From Deltaproteobacteria bacterium (GTDB lineage Bacteria > Myxococcota > Kuafuiibacteriia > Kuafuiibacteriales > Kuafuiibacteriaceae), in assembly GCA_040218735.1 (NCBI GenBank), contig JAVJQW010000070.1, positions 256,001-320,000 on the forward strand: DNA of 64,000 nt, written 5' to 3'. The notes below the pieces were generated by a model, which saw only the letters and a list, made by a program, of their open reading frames with translations, was not told the DNA's origin and did no database searches. This document shows, in pieces, positions 8,757-16,721 of this stretch (position 1 is its first letter; the number at the start of each line of letters is the position of its first letter). The translations under genes and the position numbers were made by a program.

Positions 8757-11156
8757 GTGGCCGAGAACAAGTTCGGACAAGCTGAAGGCCAAGGTATCGA
8801 CATCCCGATCCTTCCCCTGAGGAACAGTGTGTTCTTCCCGGGGAGCATCATGCCGATCTCCGTCGGGCGCCCCAAGACGCTCGCGATGGTGAAGGCGGTC
8901 GAGGAGTCTGGCGAGCCCATCGGGATCGTGGCGCAAAAGGACGGGTCGGTGGACGACCCGGGCGCCGAGGACCTCTACGCGATGGGGACCACCGGTCGCA
9001 TCGTGAAGGCGCTGAAGGCCGGCGAGGAAGGGTTCCACCTGGTCCTCCAGGGCATCAAGCGCTTCCGCGTGCTGGGGCTGACCCAGACCACCCCCTATCT
9101 GAGGGCGCGCGTGGTCGAGGTCCAGGACATCAACGCAGATCCTCTCAAGATAGAGGCCCTGGTGATGAACGTGAAGAAGACCGCGCGCGAGGTCGTCGGG
9201 TTGATGCCCGAGATCCCGTCGGGCGCGGCGCAGTTCGTCGAGGGCATCGACGACCCCGGTCATCTCGCGGACCTGATCGCCGCGAACATGGACGTCTCGG
9301 TCGAGGAGAAGATGGAGGTCTTGAACCTCGTCGAGGTCTCCCAGCGGCTGGAGAACGTGCTCGAGCTGCTGCACCGCAAGCTCGAGGTCCTGAAGCTCTC
9401 GAACAAGATCGACTCGCAGGTGAAGGGCGAGATGAACAAGACGCAGCGGGAGTACTACCTGCGTCAGCAGCTCAAGGCGATCAAGGAGGAGCTGGGCGAA
9501 GCGGACGGCACCGAGGGTGACCTCGACGAGCTGGAGCAGAAGCTCAAGAACGCGAACCTCCCCGCCGAGGCCGAGAAGGTCTCGCGGAAGGAGCTCCGCC
9601 GTCTCCGTCAGATGCCTTCGAGCTCGTCCGAGTACACGGTCGGCCGCACGTACCTCGAGTGGTTCGCGGACCTGCCGTGGGACAAGTCGACGATCGACAC
9701 GCTCGACATCCAGAAGGCGCGCGAGCTCCTCGAAGAGAAGCACTACGGCCTCGAGAAGGTGAAGAAGCGCATCATCGAGTACCTCGCGGTGCGCAAGCTG
9801 AAGTCGGACATGAAGGGTCCGATCCTCTGCATGGTGGGCCCGCCCGGCGTCGGTAAGACGTCGCTCGGCGCGTCGATCGCGGAGACGCTCGGCCGCAAGT
9901 TCCACCGCATCTCGCTCGGTGGTGTGCGCGACGAGGCGGAGATCCGCGGGCACCGCCGCACGTACGTCGGCGCCCTGCCCGGTCGCATCATCCAGGGGCT
10001 GAAGAAGGCCGGGTCGAACAACCCGGTCGTCATCCTCGACGAGATCGACAAGCTCTCCTACGACTTCCGCGGGGACCCGGCGAGCGCGCTGCTCGAGGTG
10101 TTGGATCCGGAGCAGAACCACACGTTCTCGGACCACTACCTGGAGGTGCCGTTCGACCTGTCGAAGATCCTCTTCATCGCCACGGCGAACCAGATGGATC
10201 CCATCCCGCCGGCGCTGAAGGATCGCATGGAGGTCCTGGAGCTGCCCGGCTACACGCACGAGGAGAAGGGGCACATCGCGACGCGCCACCTCATCCCGCG
10301 TGTGTTGGATGCGCACGGTCTGACGGACGAGCTGTTCAAGATCGAAAAGGGCGCGCTCGACTCGTTGATCGTGGACTACACCCGGGAGGCTGGCGTTCGT
10401 AACCTCGAGCGCACCCTCACGTCGGTGGTGCGCGGGGTCGCGGTCGAGGTCGCCGAGGGCAAGACGGATCTGACGACCGTCCAGAAGGAAGACCTGACCA
10501 AGTACCTCGGGCCGGAGAAGTTCTACAACGAGATGGCGCAGCGAACGGAGCTGGCGGGTGTGGCCACGGGTCTCGCCTGGACGGCGTCGGGCGGCGACAT
10601 CCTCTTCATCGAAGCGACGAAGATGCAGGGCAAGGGCGGCCTCACGCTGACCGGCCAGCTCGGCGCGGTGATGAAGGAGTCGGCGCAGGCGGCGCAATCC
10701 TACTTGCGCGCGCGTTCGCCGGAGTTCGGTCTGCCGGAGGGCTTCTGGGAGAAGAACGACATCCACGTGCACGTCCCGGCCGGTGGCATCCCGAAGGACG
10801 GCCCCTCGGCGGGCGTGACGATGGTGTCCGCGCTGACCTCGTTGGTCACGGGCATCAAGGTGCGGAGCGACGTCGCGATGACCGGCGAGATCACGCTGCG
10901 CGGGAGTGTCCTCCCGGTCGGCGGCGTGAAGGAGAAGGTCCTCGCGGCGCTGCGCGCCGGCGTGAAGGAGATCTTGCTGCCGGAGCGCAACAAGAAGGAC
11001 CTGCACGAGGTCCCGCAGGACCTCCAGGACCAGCTCACGTTCCACTTCGTGCGCCGCATCGACGAGGTCCTCGACATCGCGCTCGAGCGCCCGCCGGAGC
11101 GCTTCCCGCCGAAGCTCGCGCCGGTCGGCCAGGAGCCCGAAGCCCCGCCGAGTTGA
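8757..11156 (+). CDS. lon: ATP-dependent Lon protease (endopeptidase La)
   Basis: LON N-domain PILPLRNSVFFP; Walker A GPPGVGKTS; Walker B LDEIDK; Ser-Lys dyad DGPSAG / GGVKEK; AGGAG RBS. Confidence 0.98.
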   Translation: MAENKFGQAEGQGIDIPILPLRNSVFFPGSIMPISVGRPKTLAMVKAVEESGEPIGIVAQKDGSVDDPGAEDLYAMGTTGRIVKALKAGEEGFHLVLQGIKRFRVLGLTQTTPYLRARVVEVQDINADPLKIEALVMNVKKTAREVVGLMPEIPSGAAQFVEGIDDPGHLADLIAANMDVSVEEKMEVLNLVEVSQRLENVLELLHRKLEVLKLSNKIDSQVKGEMNKTQREYYLRQQLKAIKEELGEADGTEGDLDELEQKLKNANLPAEAEKVSRKELRRLRQMPSSSSEYTVGRTYLEWFADLPWDKSTIDTLDIQKARELLEEKHYGLEKVKKRIIEYLAVRKLKSDMKGPILCMVGPPGVGKTSLGASIAETLGRKFHRISLGGVRDEAEIRGHRRTYVGALPGRIIQGLKKAGSNNPVVILDEIDKLSYDFRGDPASALLEVLDPEQNHTFSDHYLEVPFDLSKILFIATANQMDPIPPALKDRMEVLELPGYTHEEKGHIATRHLIPRVLDAHGLTDELFKIEKGALDSLIVDYTREAGVRNLERTLTSVVRGVAVEVAEGKTDLTTVQKEDLTKYLGPEKFYNEMAQRTELAGVATGLAWTASGGDILFIEATKMQGKGGLTLTGQLGAVMKESAQAAQSYLRARSPEFGLPEGFWEKNDIHVHVPAGGIPKDGPSAGVTMVSALTSLVTGIKVRSDVAMTGEITLRGSVLPVGGVKEKVLAALRAGVKEILLPERNKKDLHEVPQDLQDQLTFHFVRRIDEVLDIALERPPERFPPKLAPVGQEPEAPPS

Positions 11157-11167
11157 TCGGCGTCGAC

Positions 11168-11193
11168 GCGTCCGCCGAATAAAAGGCGGACGC
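11168..11193. terminator. Stem-loop after lon (possible terminator or stability hairpin)
   Basis: gcgtccgcc-gaataaaa-ggcggacgc, perfect 9-bp stem; no U-tract. Confidence 0.45.
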
Positions 11194-11211
11194 TCCCCGC
11201 ACCGACGGAGC

Positions 11212-12162
11212 ATGAGAACGCTCCGAACCCTCGCCCTCCTCACCCCGTTCCTCGCCGGCGCGCTCTACGCGACCGACGCCGCTGCGGCGTGCGCGCCGTA
11301 CGATCCGAGCGACGGCTTCGGCATGCCGGGTGCCGCGCCGGTGTCGAACCCACGCCACTACACCCTCCGCGAGATCGGCGGTTGCGACAACCTCGTGTGC
11401 TGGCTCGACAACGTGTCCGGCACCGACTACGCGAACGCGACCCTCGTCATCGACCAGGTCTGCCACCTGAAGGAGACCGTGCGACTCCCGCCGCGGTTCG
11501 TGCTGGCGGGCGTCGGCATGGACGGCGAAGGCATCCTCGGCTTCACGAACCTCACGACGGACCAGCCCGCGATCCGCGTCGCGAGCGTCGGCGGCGCGGG
11601 GAACAGCACCATCCGTGACCTGCGCATCGCGGGGCCCGGACAGCCGGCGATCTACGGGCGCGGGATCGAGCTGGTCGACGCGAGCCAAGTGATCCTGGAG
11701 CGCGTCCGCATCTCCGACTTCCGGATGGGGATCTACGGCCACAGCTCGTACTCGATCGTCGTCAGCCAGTGCAGCCTGCACGACAACCGCGTGAACATCT
11801 TCATGGACGAGCTGTCGAACTCCTGGCGCGTGCGCGACAGCATCATCAGCCGTGCCGCGACGTACGGCGTCTTCCAGACGGTCAGCGGAGGCGGCGCGAA
11901 CCAGAACGGATCCGTCTTCGCGGGGAACCGCATGGAGGCGAACCTCGGCGGCGCCATGTACATCACGTCGCTCGGCACGGTGATTCGTGACACCTACTTC
12001 GAGCTGAACGGGACGGCGGCGCCGTACGTCGCGGTGCGTACGACGCCGAGCGCGTCCGAAACGAAGATCATCGGGAACATCTTCTCGAGCGACGTGGTGA
12101 ACAACACCGGCGCGCTCACGGAGTGCGCGTTCAACATCAACCTCTTCGGCGCGTGCCCTTGA
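11212..12162 (+). CDS. Secreted right-handed parallel beta-helix protein (pectin-lyase/NosD-like fold)
   Basis: Signal peptide ending AAAA; beta-helix-like repeats (STIRDLRI, VILERVRI, IVVSQCSLHDN, VFAGNRMEAN, VIRDTYFELN). Confidence 0.75.
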   Translation: MRTLRTLALLTPFLAGALYATDAAAACAPYDPSDGFGMPGAAPVSNPRHYTLREIGGCDNLVCWLDNVSGTDYANATLVIDQVCHLKETVRLPPRFVLAGVGMDGEGILGFTNLTTDQPAIRVASVGGAGNSTIRDLRIAGPGQPAIYGRGIELVDASQVILERVRISDFRMGIYGHSSYSIVVSQCSLHDNRVNIFMDELSNSWRVRDSIISRAATYGVFQTVSGGGANQNGSVFAGNRMEANLGGAMYITSLGTVIRDTYFELNGTAAPYVAVRTTPSASETKIIGNIFSSDVVNNTGALTECAFNINLFGACP

Positions 12163-12214
12163 AGGCGACCACCGATCTGGCGATCGCGGGAGCGTTTCGC
12201 GAAGGTTGCGGCCG

Positions 12215-13501
12215 ATGAACGCGAGCCGAGACCACGCCGTCGTGATCGGCGGGAGCGTCGCCGGGTTGCTCGCGGCGGCCGCGCTGTCGCGGCACTACCG
12301 ACGTGTCACCGTCCTCGAGCGCGACGAGGATTGTTCAGCGACCGCACCCCGCCGCGGCGTGCCGCAGAGCGCGCACGTGCACGTCATCCTCGGCGCCGGT
12401 CGCAAGGCGATCGACGGCCTGCTACCCGGGCTCTTCGACGCGTTGGCCGAGGACGGCTCGGTGGTCGCCGACATCGGTCGTGACGTCCGGTGGCATCACT
12501 GGGGCGGCTTCAAGGTCGCGTTCTTCGCCGACTACCCGATGTACCTGCAGAGTCGGCCCTTCCTCGAAGGCCACATCCGTCGGCGCGTCGAGGCGATCGA
12601 CGGCGTTCAGGTTCGCTACGGCGAGAAGGGCGCCCCGGTCCACGAGGGCCGGCGCGTCGTGGGTGTCACCACCGACGACGAGACCATCGACGCCTCCTTG
12701 GTCATCGACGCCACGGGCCGCGGCTCGAAGAGCCACGCGTGGCTCGAAGACTGGGGTTACGCGGCGCCGCGCGAGGACACGGTGACGGTGAACCTCGCCT
12801 ACGCCTCGTGTTTCGTGACGCTCCCCGCGCCGGACGTGGGCGCCCTCCTCGTCTACCACCGGCCCCCGTCGACGCCGCGAGGCGGTGTCCTCTTCCCGAT
12901 CGAAGGCGACCGCTACGTCGTGTCGCTGCTCGGCTACCACGGCGACCACCCGCCCACCGACGAGGCGGAGTTTCGCGCGTACGCACGTTCGCTGCTCCAC
13001 CCGCAGCTCGCGGATCAGCTCGACCGCGCCACGCTCCTCACGCCGATCAAGCGGTTCAACTTCCCGAAGCAGCGACGCCTCCGCTACGAGCGCGTCGAGC
13101 TCCCGCGCGGCTTCGCGGTGATCGGCGACGCCGTGTGCAGCTTCGACCCGGTGTTCGGCCAAGGCATGACCGTCGCGGGGCTGACCGCCGCTGCGCTCGA
13201 CCGCCACCTCGCCGCGCGTGACTTCGACGGGCGACGATTCCAGAGCGAGGTCGCGAAGTGCGCCGACCTCCCGTGGATGCTCGCGACGAACGAAGCGTTC
13301 CGCTACCCGCAGACCGAGGGCACGGCACCGGTCGGCGGCGCGGTGTTGCGATGGTTCACGGGGCGCGTCTTCGCGCACAGCCTCCACGACGAGGTCGTCT
13401 ACCGCCGCTTCATCGACGTCCTGAACCTCGACCGAGGCCCGTCGGCGCTCATGAGCCCCGGCGTCGTCGCGCGGGTGCTTCGACCGATCCCGCGCGCGTG
13501 A
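12215..13501 (+). CDS. FAD-dependent oxidoreductase/monooxygenase
   Basis: VIGGSVAGL dinucleotide motif, VIDATGRGS, GDAVCSFDPVFGQGMT; ATG 12215 preferred over TTG 12206. Confidence 0.9.
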   Translation: MNASRDHAVVIGGSVAGLLAAAALSRHYRRVTVLERDEDCSATAPRRGVPQSAHVHVILGAGRKAIDGLLPGLFDALAEDGSVVADIGRDVRWHHWGGFKVAFFADYPMYLQSRPFLEGHIRRRVEAIDGVQVRYGEKGAPVHEGRRVVGVTTDDETIDASLVIDATGRGSKSHAWLEDWGYAAPREDTVTVNLAYASCFVTLPAPDVGALLVYHRPPSTPRGGVLFPIEGDRYVVSLLGYHGDHPPTDEAEFRAYARSLLHPQLADQLDRATLLTPIKRFNFPKQRRLRYERVELPRGFAVIGDAVCSFDPVFGQGMTVAGLTAAALDRHLAARDFDGRRFQSEVAKCADLPWMLATNEAFRYPQTEGTAPVGGAVLRWFTGRVFAHSLHDEVVYRRFIDVLNLDRGPSALMSPGVVARVLRPIPRA

Positions 13502-13549
13502 AATCGGTCGGTAACTGATCCTCGGGCTCCGGGCTCCTACCTTGGCTTC

Positions 13550-14533
13550 ATGAGCCTCCACGTCGACGTCCTCCAGGATCCCCGTCAGCTTCAGATGCTC
13601 GCCATGCTCTGGGACGGCGGCTTCGTGGCGCCCCTCCCCGGGCAGCCCTCGTCGTTCGCGCCGACGGACCTCGGTGACGACTTCGACCTGGACGCGTTCG
13701 CCCGCGAGGCCGGCATCACGCCGGACGTGCTGCAGCAGTTCCTCGGCGGCATCAACGCCGAGCTCACCAACGACCCGCAGCTCCTCGACGAGCTGAACCA
13801 GGCCCGCCAGCTCCTCGGCTTGCCGCCGCTCGACGGCGCACAGGACGCTGGGCTGCAGGATCCGAGCAGCCTCATGGGCGAGGATCTCGTCGCGCTCCTC
13901 GTGATGTGGGCGCTCCGCCAGAACAAACCGCAGCAGGGCCGGATGCACACCGGCGGGATGCCGCAGCAGAGCTTCAGCCGTGGTCAGCCGGCGAGCTGGG
14001 GCGGCGGCGGGAGCGGCGGCGGGGGCGGCGGTGGCGGTGGTCCCGCGGCGACCGGCGGCGGCGGCGGCACCGGTGCCCCGACCGGCGAGCACCCCGACCT
14101 CTCGAACCTGCCGACCGGCCAGGGGACCGTCGGTGACTTCCTCTCGGCCGCGCTCCGTCAGGACGGCGACCGCTACGTCTTCGGCGCCGAGACGAACCTC
14201 GACGACCCCGACCCCGACACGTTCGACTGCTCCGAGCTCGTCCAGTGGGCCGCGCACCAGGCCGGCATCGAGATGCCCGACGGCACGATGAACCAAGAGC
14301 CGTGGCTGCGGCAGCACGGCGCGCAGATCTCGCTCGAAGAGGCGATCAACACCCCCGGCGCGCTCCTCTACAAGGACGGCCACGTCGCCATCAGCCTCGG
14401 CGACGGACGCACCATCGAGGCGATGGGATCGAAGTACGGCGTCAAGATCGGGAACGCCCACGGGCGCTTCACGCGCGGCTACGTCGTCCCCGGCATGGAC
14501 TACTCGAACGCCGCCGAAGCCCTCGCCGCGTAA
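13550..14533 (+). CDS. NlpC/P60 family cysteine peptidase (C-terminal) with helical/low-complexity N-terminus
   Basis: YVFGA...FDCSELVQWA, GHVAISLGDG-TIEA; Gly-rich linker. Confidence 0.85.
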   Translation: MSLHVDVLQDPRQLQMLAMLWDGGFVAPLPGQPSSFAPTDLGDDFDLDAFAREAGITPDVLQQFLGGINAELTNDPQLLDELNQARQLLGLPPLDGAQDAGLQDPSSLMGEDLVALLVMWALRQNKPQQGRMHTGGMPQQSFSRGQPASWGGGGSGGGGGGGGGPAATGGGGGTGAPTGEHPDLSNLPTGQGTVGDFLSAALRQDGDRYVFGAETNLDDPDPDTFDCSELVQWAAHQAGIEMPDGTMNQEPWLRQHGAQISLEEAINTPGALLYKDGHVAISLGDGRTIEAMGSKYGVKIGNAHGRFTRGYVVPGMDYSNAAEALAA

Positions 14534-14594
14534 CCGCTGAGCGCCCGGCAACGTTTCGTTCCCTCCGAGCGGAGGTCTCGCTACCTTCCGCGCC

Positions 14595-15911
14595 GTGGCG
14601 GCTTTCTCGGACGACTTCCTCTTCGGATGCGCGACGTCCGCGTACCAGATCGAAGGCGGCATCGAGAACGACTGGGAGCAATGGGCGCGCGACGGTCGCC
14701 TCGGCCCGCGGGCACCGTGCGGGCGCGCGACCGATCACTGGAACCGCTACGAGGAGGACTTCGATCGGCTCGTCGAGCTCGGCGCCGGAGCCTACCGCTT
14801 CAGCGTGGAGTGGGCGCGCGTCGAGCCGGAGCCCGGGCGCTACGACGAAGACGCGATCCAACGCTACGCCGCGATGGTCGACGCGCTGCGTGCGCGCGGC
14901 GTCGAACCGTTCGTCACCCTCCTCCACTTCACCCACCCGACCTGGTTTCACGACCGCTGCCCCTGGCACGACCTCGGCGGTGAAGGCCCGGAGCGCTTCG
15001 GCGCGTTCGCGCGACGCATGGCGGAGGCCTTCGGCGAGCGCGTGAAGTTCTACACGGTGCTCAACGAACCCAACGTCTGGATCGAAGGCGCCTACGTCGC
15101 GGGGCTGATCCCCCCGCGCACGAAGAGCCTCCAGGCCGCGGGCGCCGCCATGGCCGGCCTCCTCGCGGGCCACGCGAAGGCGGCCGCCGCGCTGCGCTCG
15201 GTCGTACCCGGCGTGCAGATCGGCGTCGCCCACAACCACGTCCGCTTCGAGCCGTCCCGCGGCGCGCACCCCTTCGACCGCGTCGCGCGGCACTACGTCG
15301 AGCACTTCCACAACCGCGTCTTCCTCGAAGGCCTGACGACCGGCCGGCTCCGGTTCGGTCACATCCCCGGCCTGCGCATGGCGCACGACGTCCCCGAGGC
15401 CGCCGGCACCCTCGACTTCGTCGGCGTGAACTACTACGCGCGGGTGTTCGTCGAAGCGCGTCTGTCGGGATTCGAAGTCTTCTACGAGGACCGCGAAGGA
15501 CGCGGCGTGACGGACCTCGGCTGGGAGGTCCACCCCGAAGGCCTCACGCTCGCGCTCACCGAGGCGGGGCGATTCGGACTCCCGGTGTATGTCACCGAGA
15601 ACGGCCTCGACGATCGCGACGACTCACGCCGCAGCGCCTACCTGTACGATCACCTCCAGGCGGTGCTCGCCGCGCGCCGCGCCGGAACCGACGTGCGCGG
15701 CTACTTCTTCTGGTCGCTCGTCGACAACTTCGAGTGGCTGGAGGGCTTCGTCCCGTCCTTCGGGCTGTACGCAGTCGACCGCGACACCCTCGAGCGCACC
15801 CCGACGAACGCCGCCGAGCTGTTCCGCACGATCGCGAAGTCGCGCAGGCTCCCCGACGAACGTCCCGCCCAACGAACCCGGCCCGGCGACGGGCGAACGC
15901 CCGTCGGCTGA
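14595..15911 (+). CDS. Glycoside hydrolase family 1 (beta-glucosidase-like)
   Basis: FLFGCATSAYQIEG, YRFSVEWAR, acid/base NEP, nucleophile YVTENG, WSLVDNFEW. Confidence 0.95.
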   Translation: MAAFSDDFLFGCATSAYQIEGGIENDWEQWARDGRLGPRAPCGRATDHWNRYEEDFDRLVELGAGAYRFSVEWARVEPEPGRYDEDAIQRYAAMVDALRARGVEPFVTLLHFTHPTWFHDRCPWHDLGGEGPERFGAFARRMAEAFGERVKFYTVLNEPNVWIEGAYVAGLIPPRTKSLQAAGAAMAGLLAGHAKAAAALRSVVPGVQIGVAHNHVRFEPSRGAHPFDRVARHYVEHFHNRVFLEGLTTGRLRFGHIPGLRMAHDVPEAAGTLDFVGVNYYARVFVEARLSGFEVFYEDREGRGVTDLGWEVHPEGLTLALTEAGRFGLPVYVTENGLDDRDDSRRSAYLYDHLQAVLAARRAGTDVRGYFFWSLVDNFEWLEGFVPSFGLYAVDRDTLERTPTNAAELFRTIAKSRRLPDERPAQRTRPGDGRTPVG

Positions 15912-15974
15912 CGCCGCCGACTGACGTATGTGGACGCGCGCAACCCGTCCGCGCGCCGCGCCGAAACCTGAAGA

Positions 15975-16643
15975 ATGCGGGTCGTGCACGAGGCGAGGTT
16001 CGCGGCGGGAGGCGCCCGCCACCTCCGCGACGTACCGTACGTCTCGCAGCGCACGCCGGACGGCGCGCCGCCGGGTTACGACGGCGAAGCGAACTGCGGC
16101 CCGTCGTCGATGACGATGATCGCGAACCACCTCGGCCTGCGGACCGGTCGGGACGCCGCGACGGTCCTCGACCTCGCGCGCGTCGGCGGGACGACCTCCG
16201 AGCACGGCACCTCGCTGGCCGGGATGAAGAAGATCGCGAAGCACCTCGGACTCAGCTGCGAGGTCACGCCGGGCGCGGACCTGCAACGCGTCCGCCGCAC
16301 GCTCGCCGAGGGCGGGTACGTGATCGCCAATGGCGACTACTATGCGATGCCGCCGCACGAAGATCCGTCGCAGTACGAAGGCCACTACGTCCTGGTCCAC
16401 GGCGTGGACCCACGCGGTCGTTTCCTGGTCCACGACCCCTACGACCCCGCGGTCGAGACGGTCACGGCGCCGCAGCTCGGCCGGTTCCTGGCCGCGCACG
16501 ACGAAGGCGGCTACGTCCTCGCGCTCGGCGTCGCGGAGCGAGCCTCGGAGCGCGATCTGTTCGTCCGGCACGCGGTCCCGAGCCTCGTCGAGCGGCCCGG
16601 TCGCCCCGTCGCGCTCCCGACGCTGGGACGGGGCTACCGCTGA
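15975..16643 (+). CDS. Peptidase C39-like (papain-fold) protein
   Basis: VPYVSQ, NCGPSS (Cys), GHYVLV (His), VHDPY (Asp). Confidence 0.8.
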   Translation: MRVVHEARFAAGGARHLRDVPYVSQRTPDGAPPGYDGEANCGPSSMTMIANHLGLRTGRDAATVLDLARVGGTTSEHGTSLAGMKKIAKHLGLSCEVTPGADLQRVRRTLAEGGYVIANGDYYAMPPHEDPSQYEGHYVLVHGVDPRGRFLVHDPYDPAVETVTAPQLGRFLAAHDEGGYVLALGVAERASERDLFVRHAVPSLVERPGRPVALPTLGRGYR

Positions 16644-16721
16644 CCGACTTCCGTACGTGGCCCGCTGGGTGTTAACGTCCCTGACGAACCTTTTTGTCTC
16701 GCACGCAAAGAGGATTCCTCC

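Noticed and set aside
8430-11243. 937-aa antisense ORF (and similar long ORFs at 21266-24985, 31637-33970, 12422-14662, 60655-62598)
   Set aside because: Shadow frames opposite well-supported genes; Arg/Ala/Gly-rich with no motifs; expected in high-GC DNA
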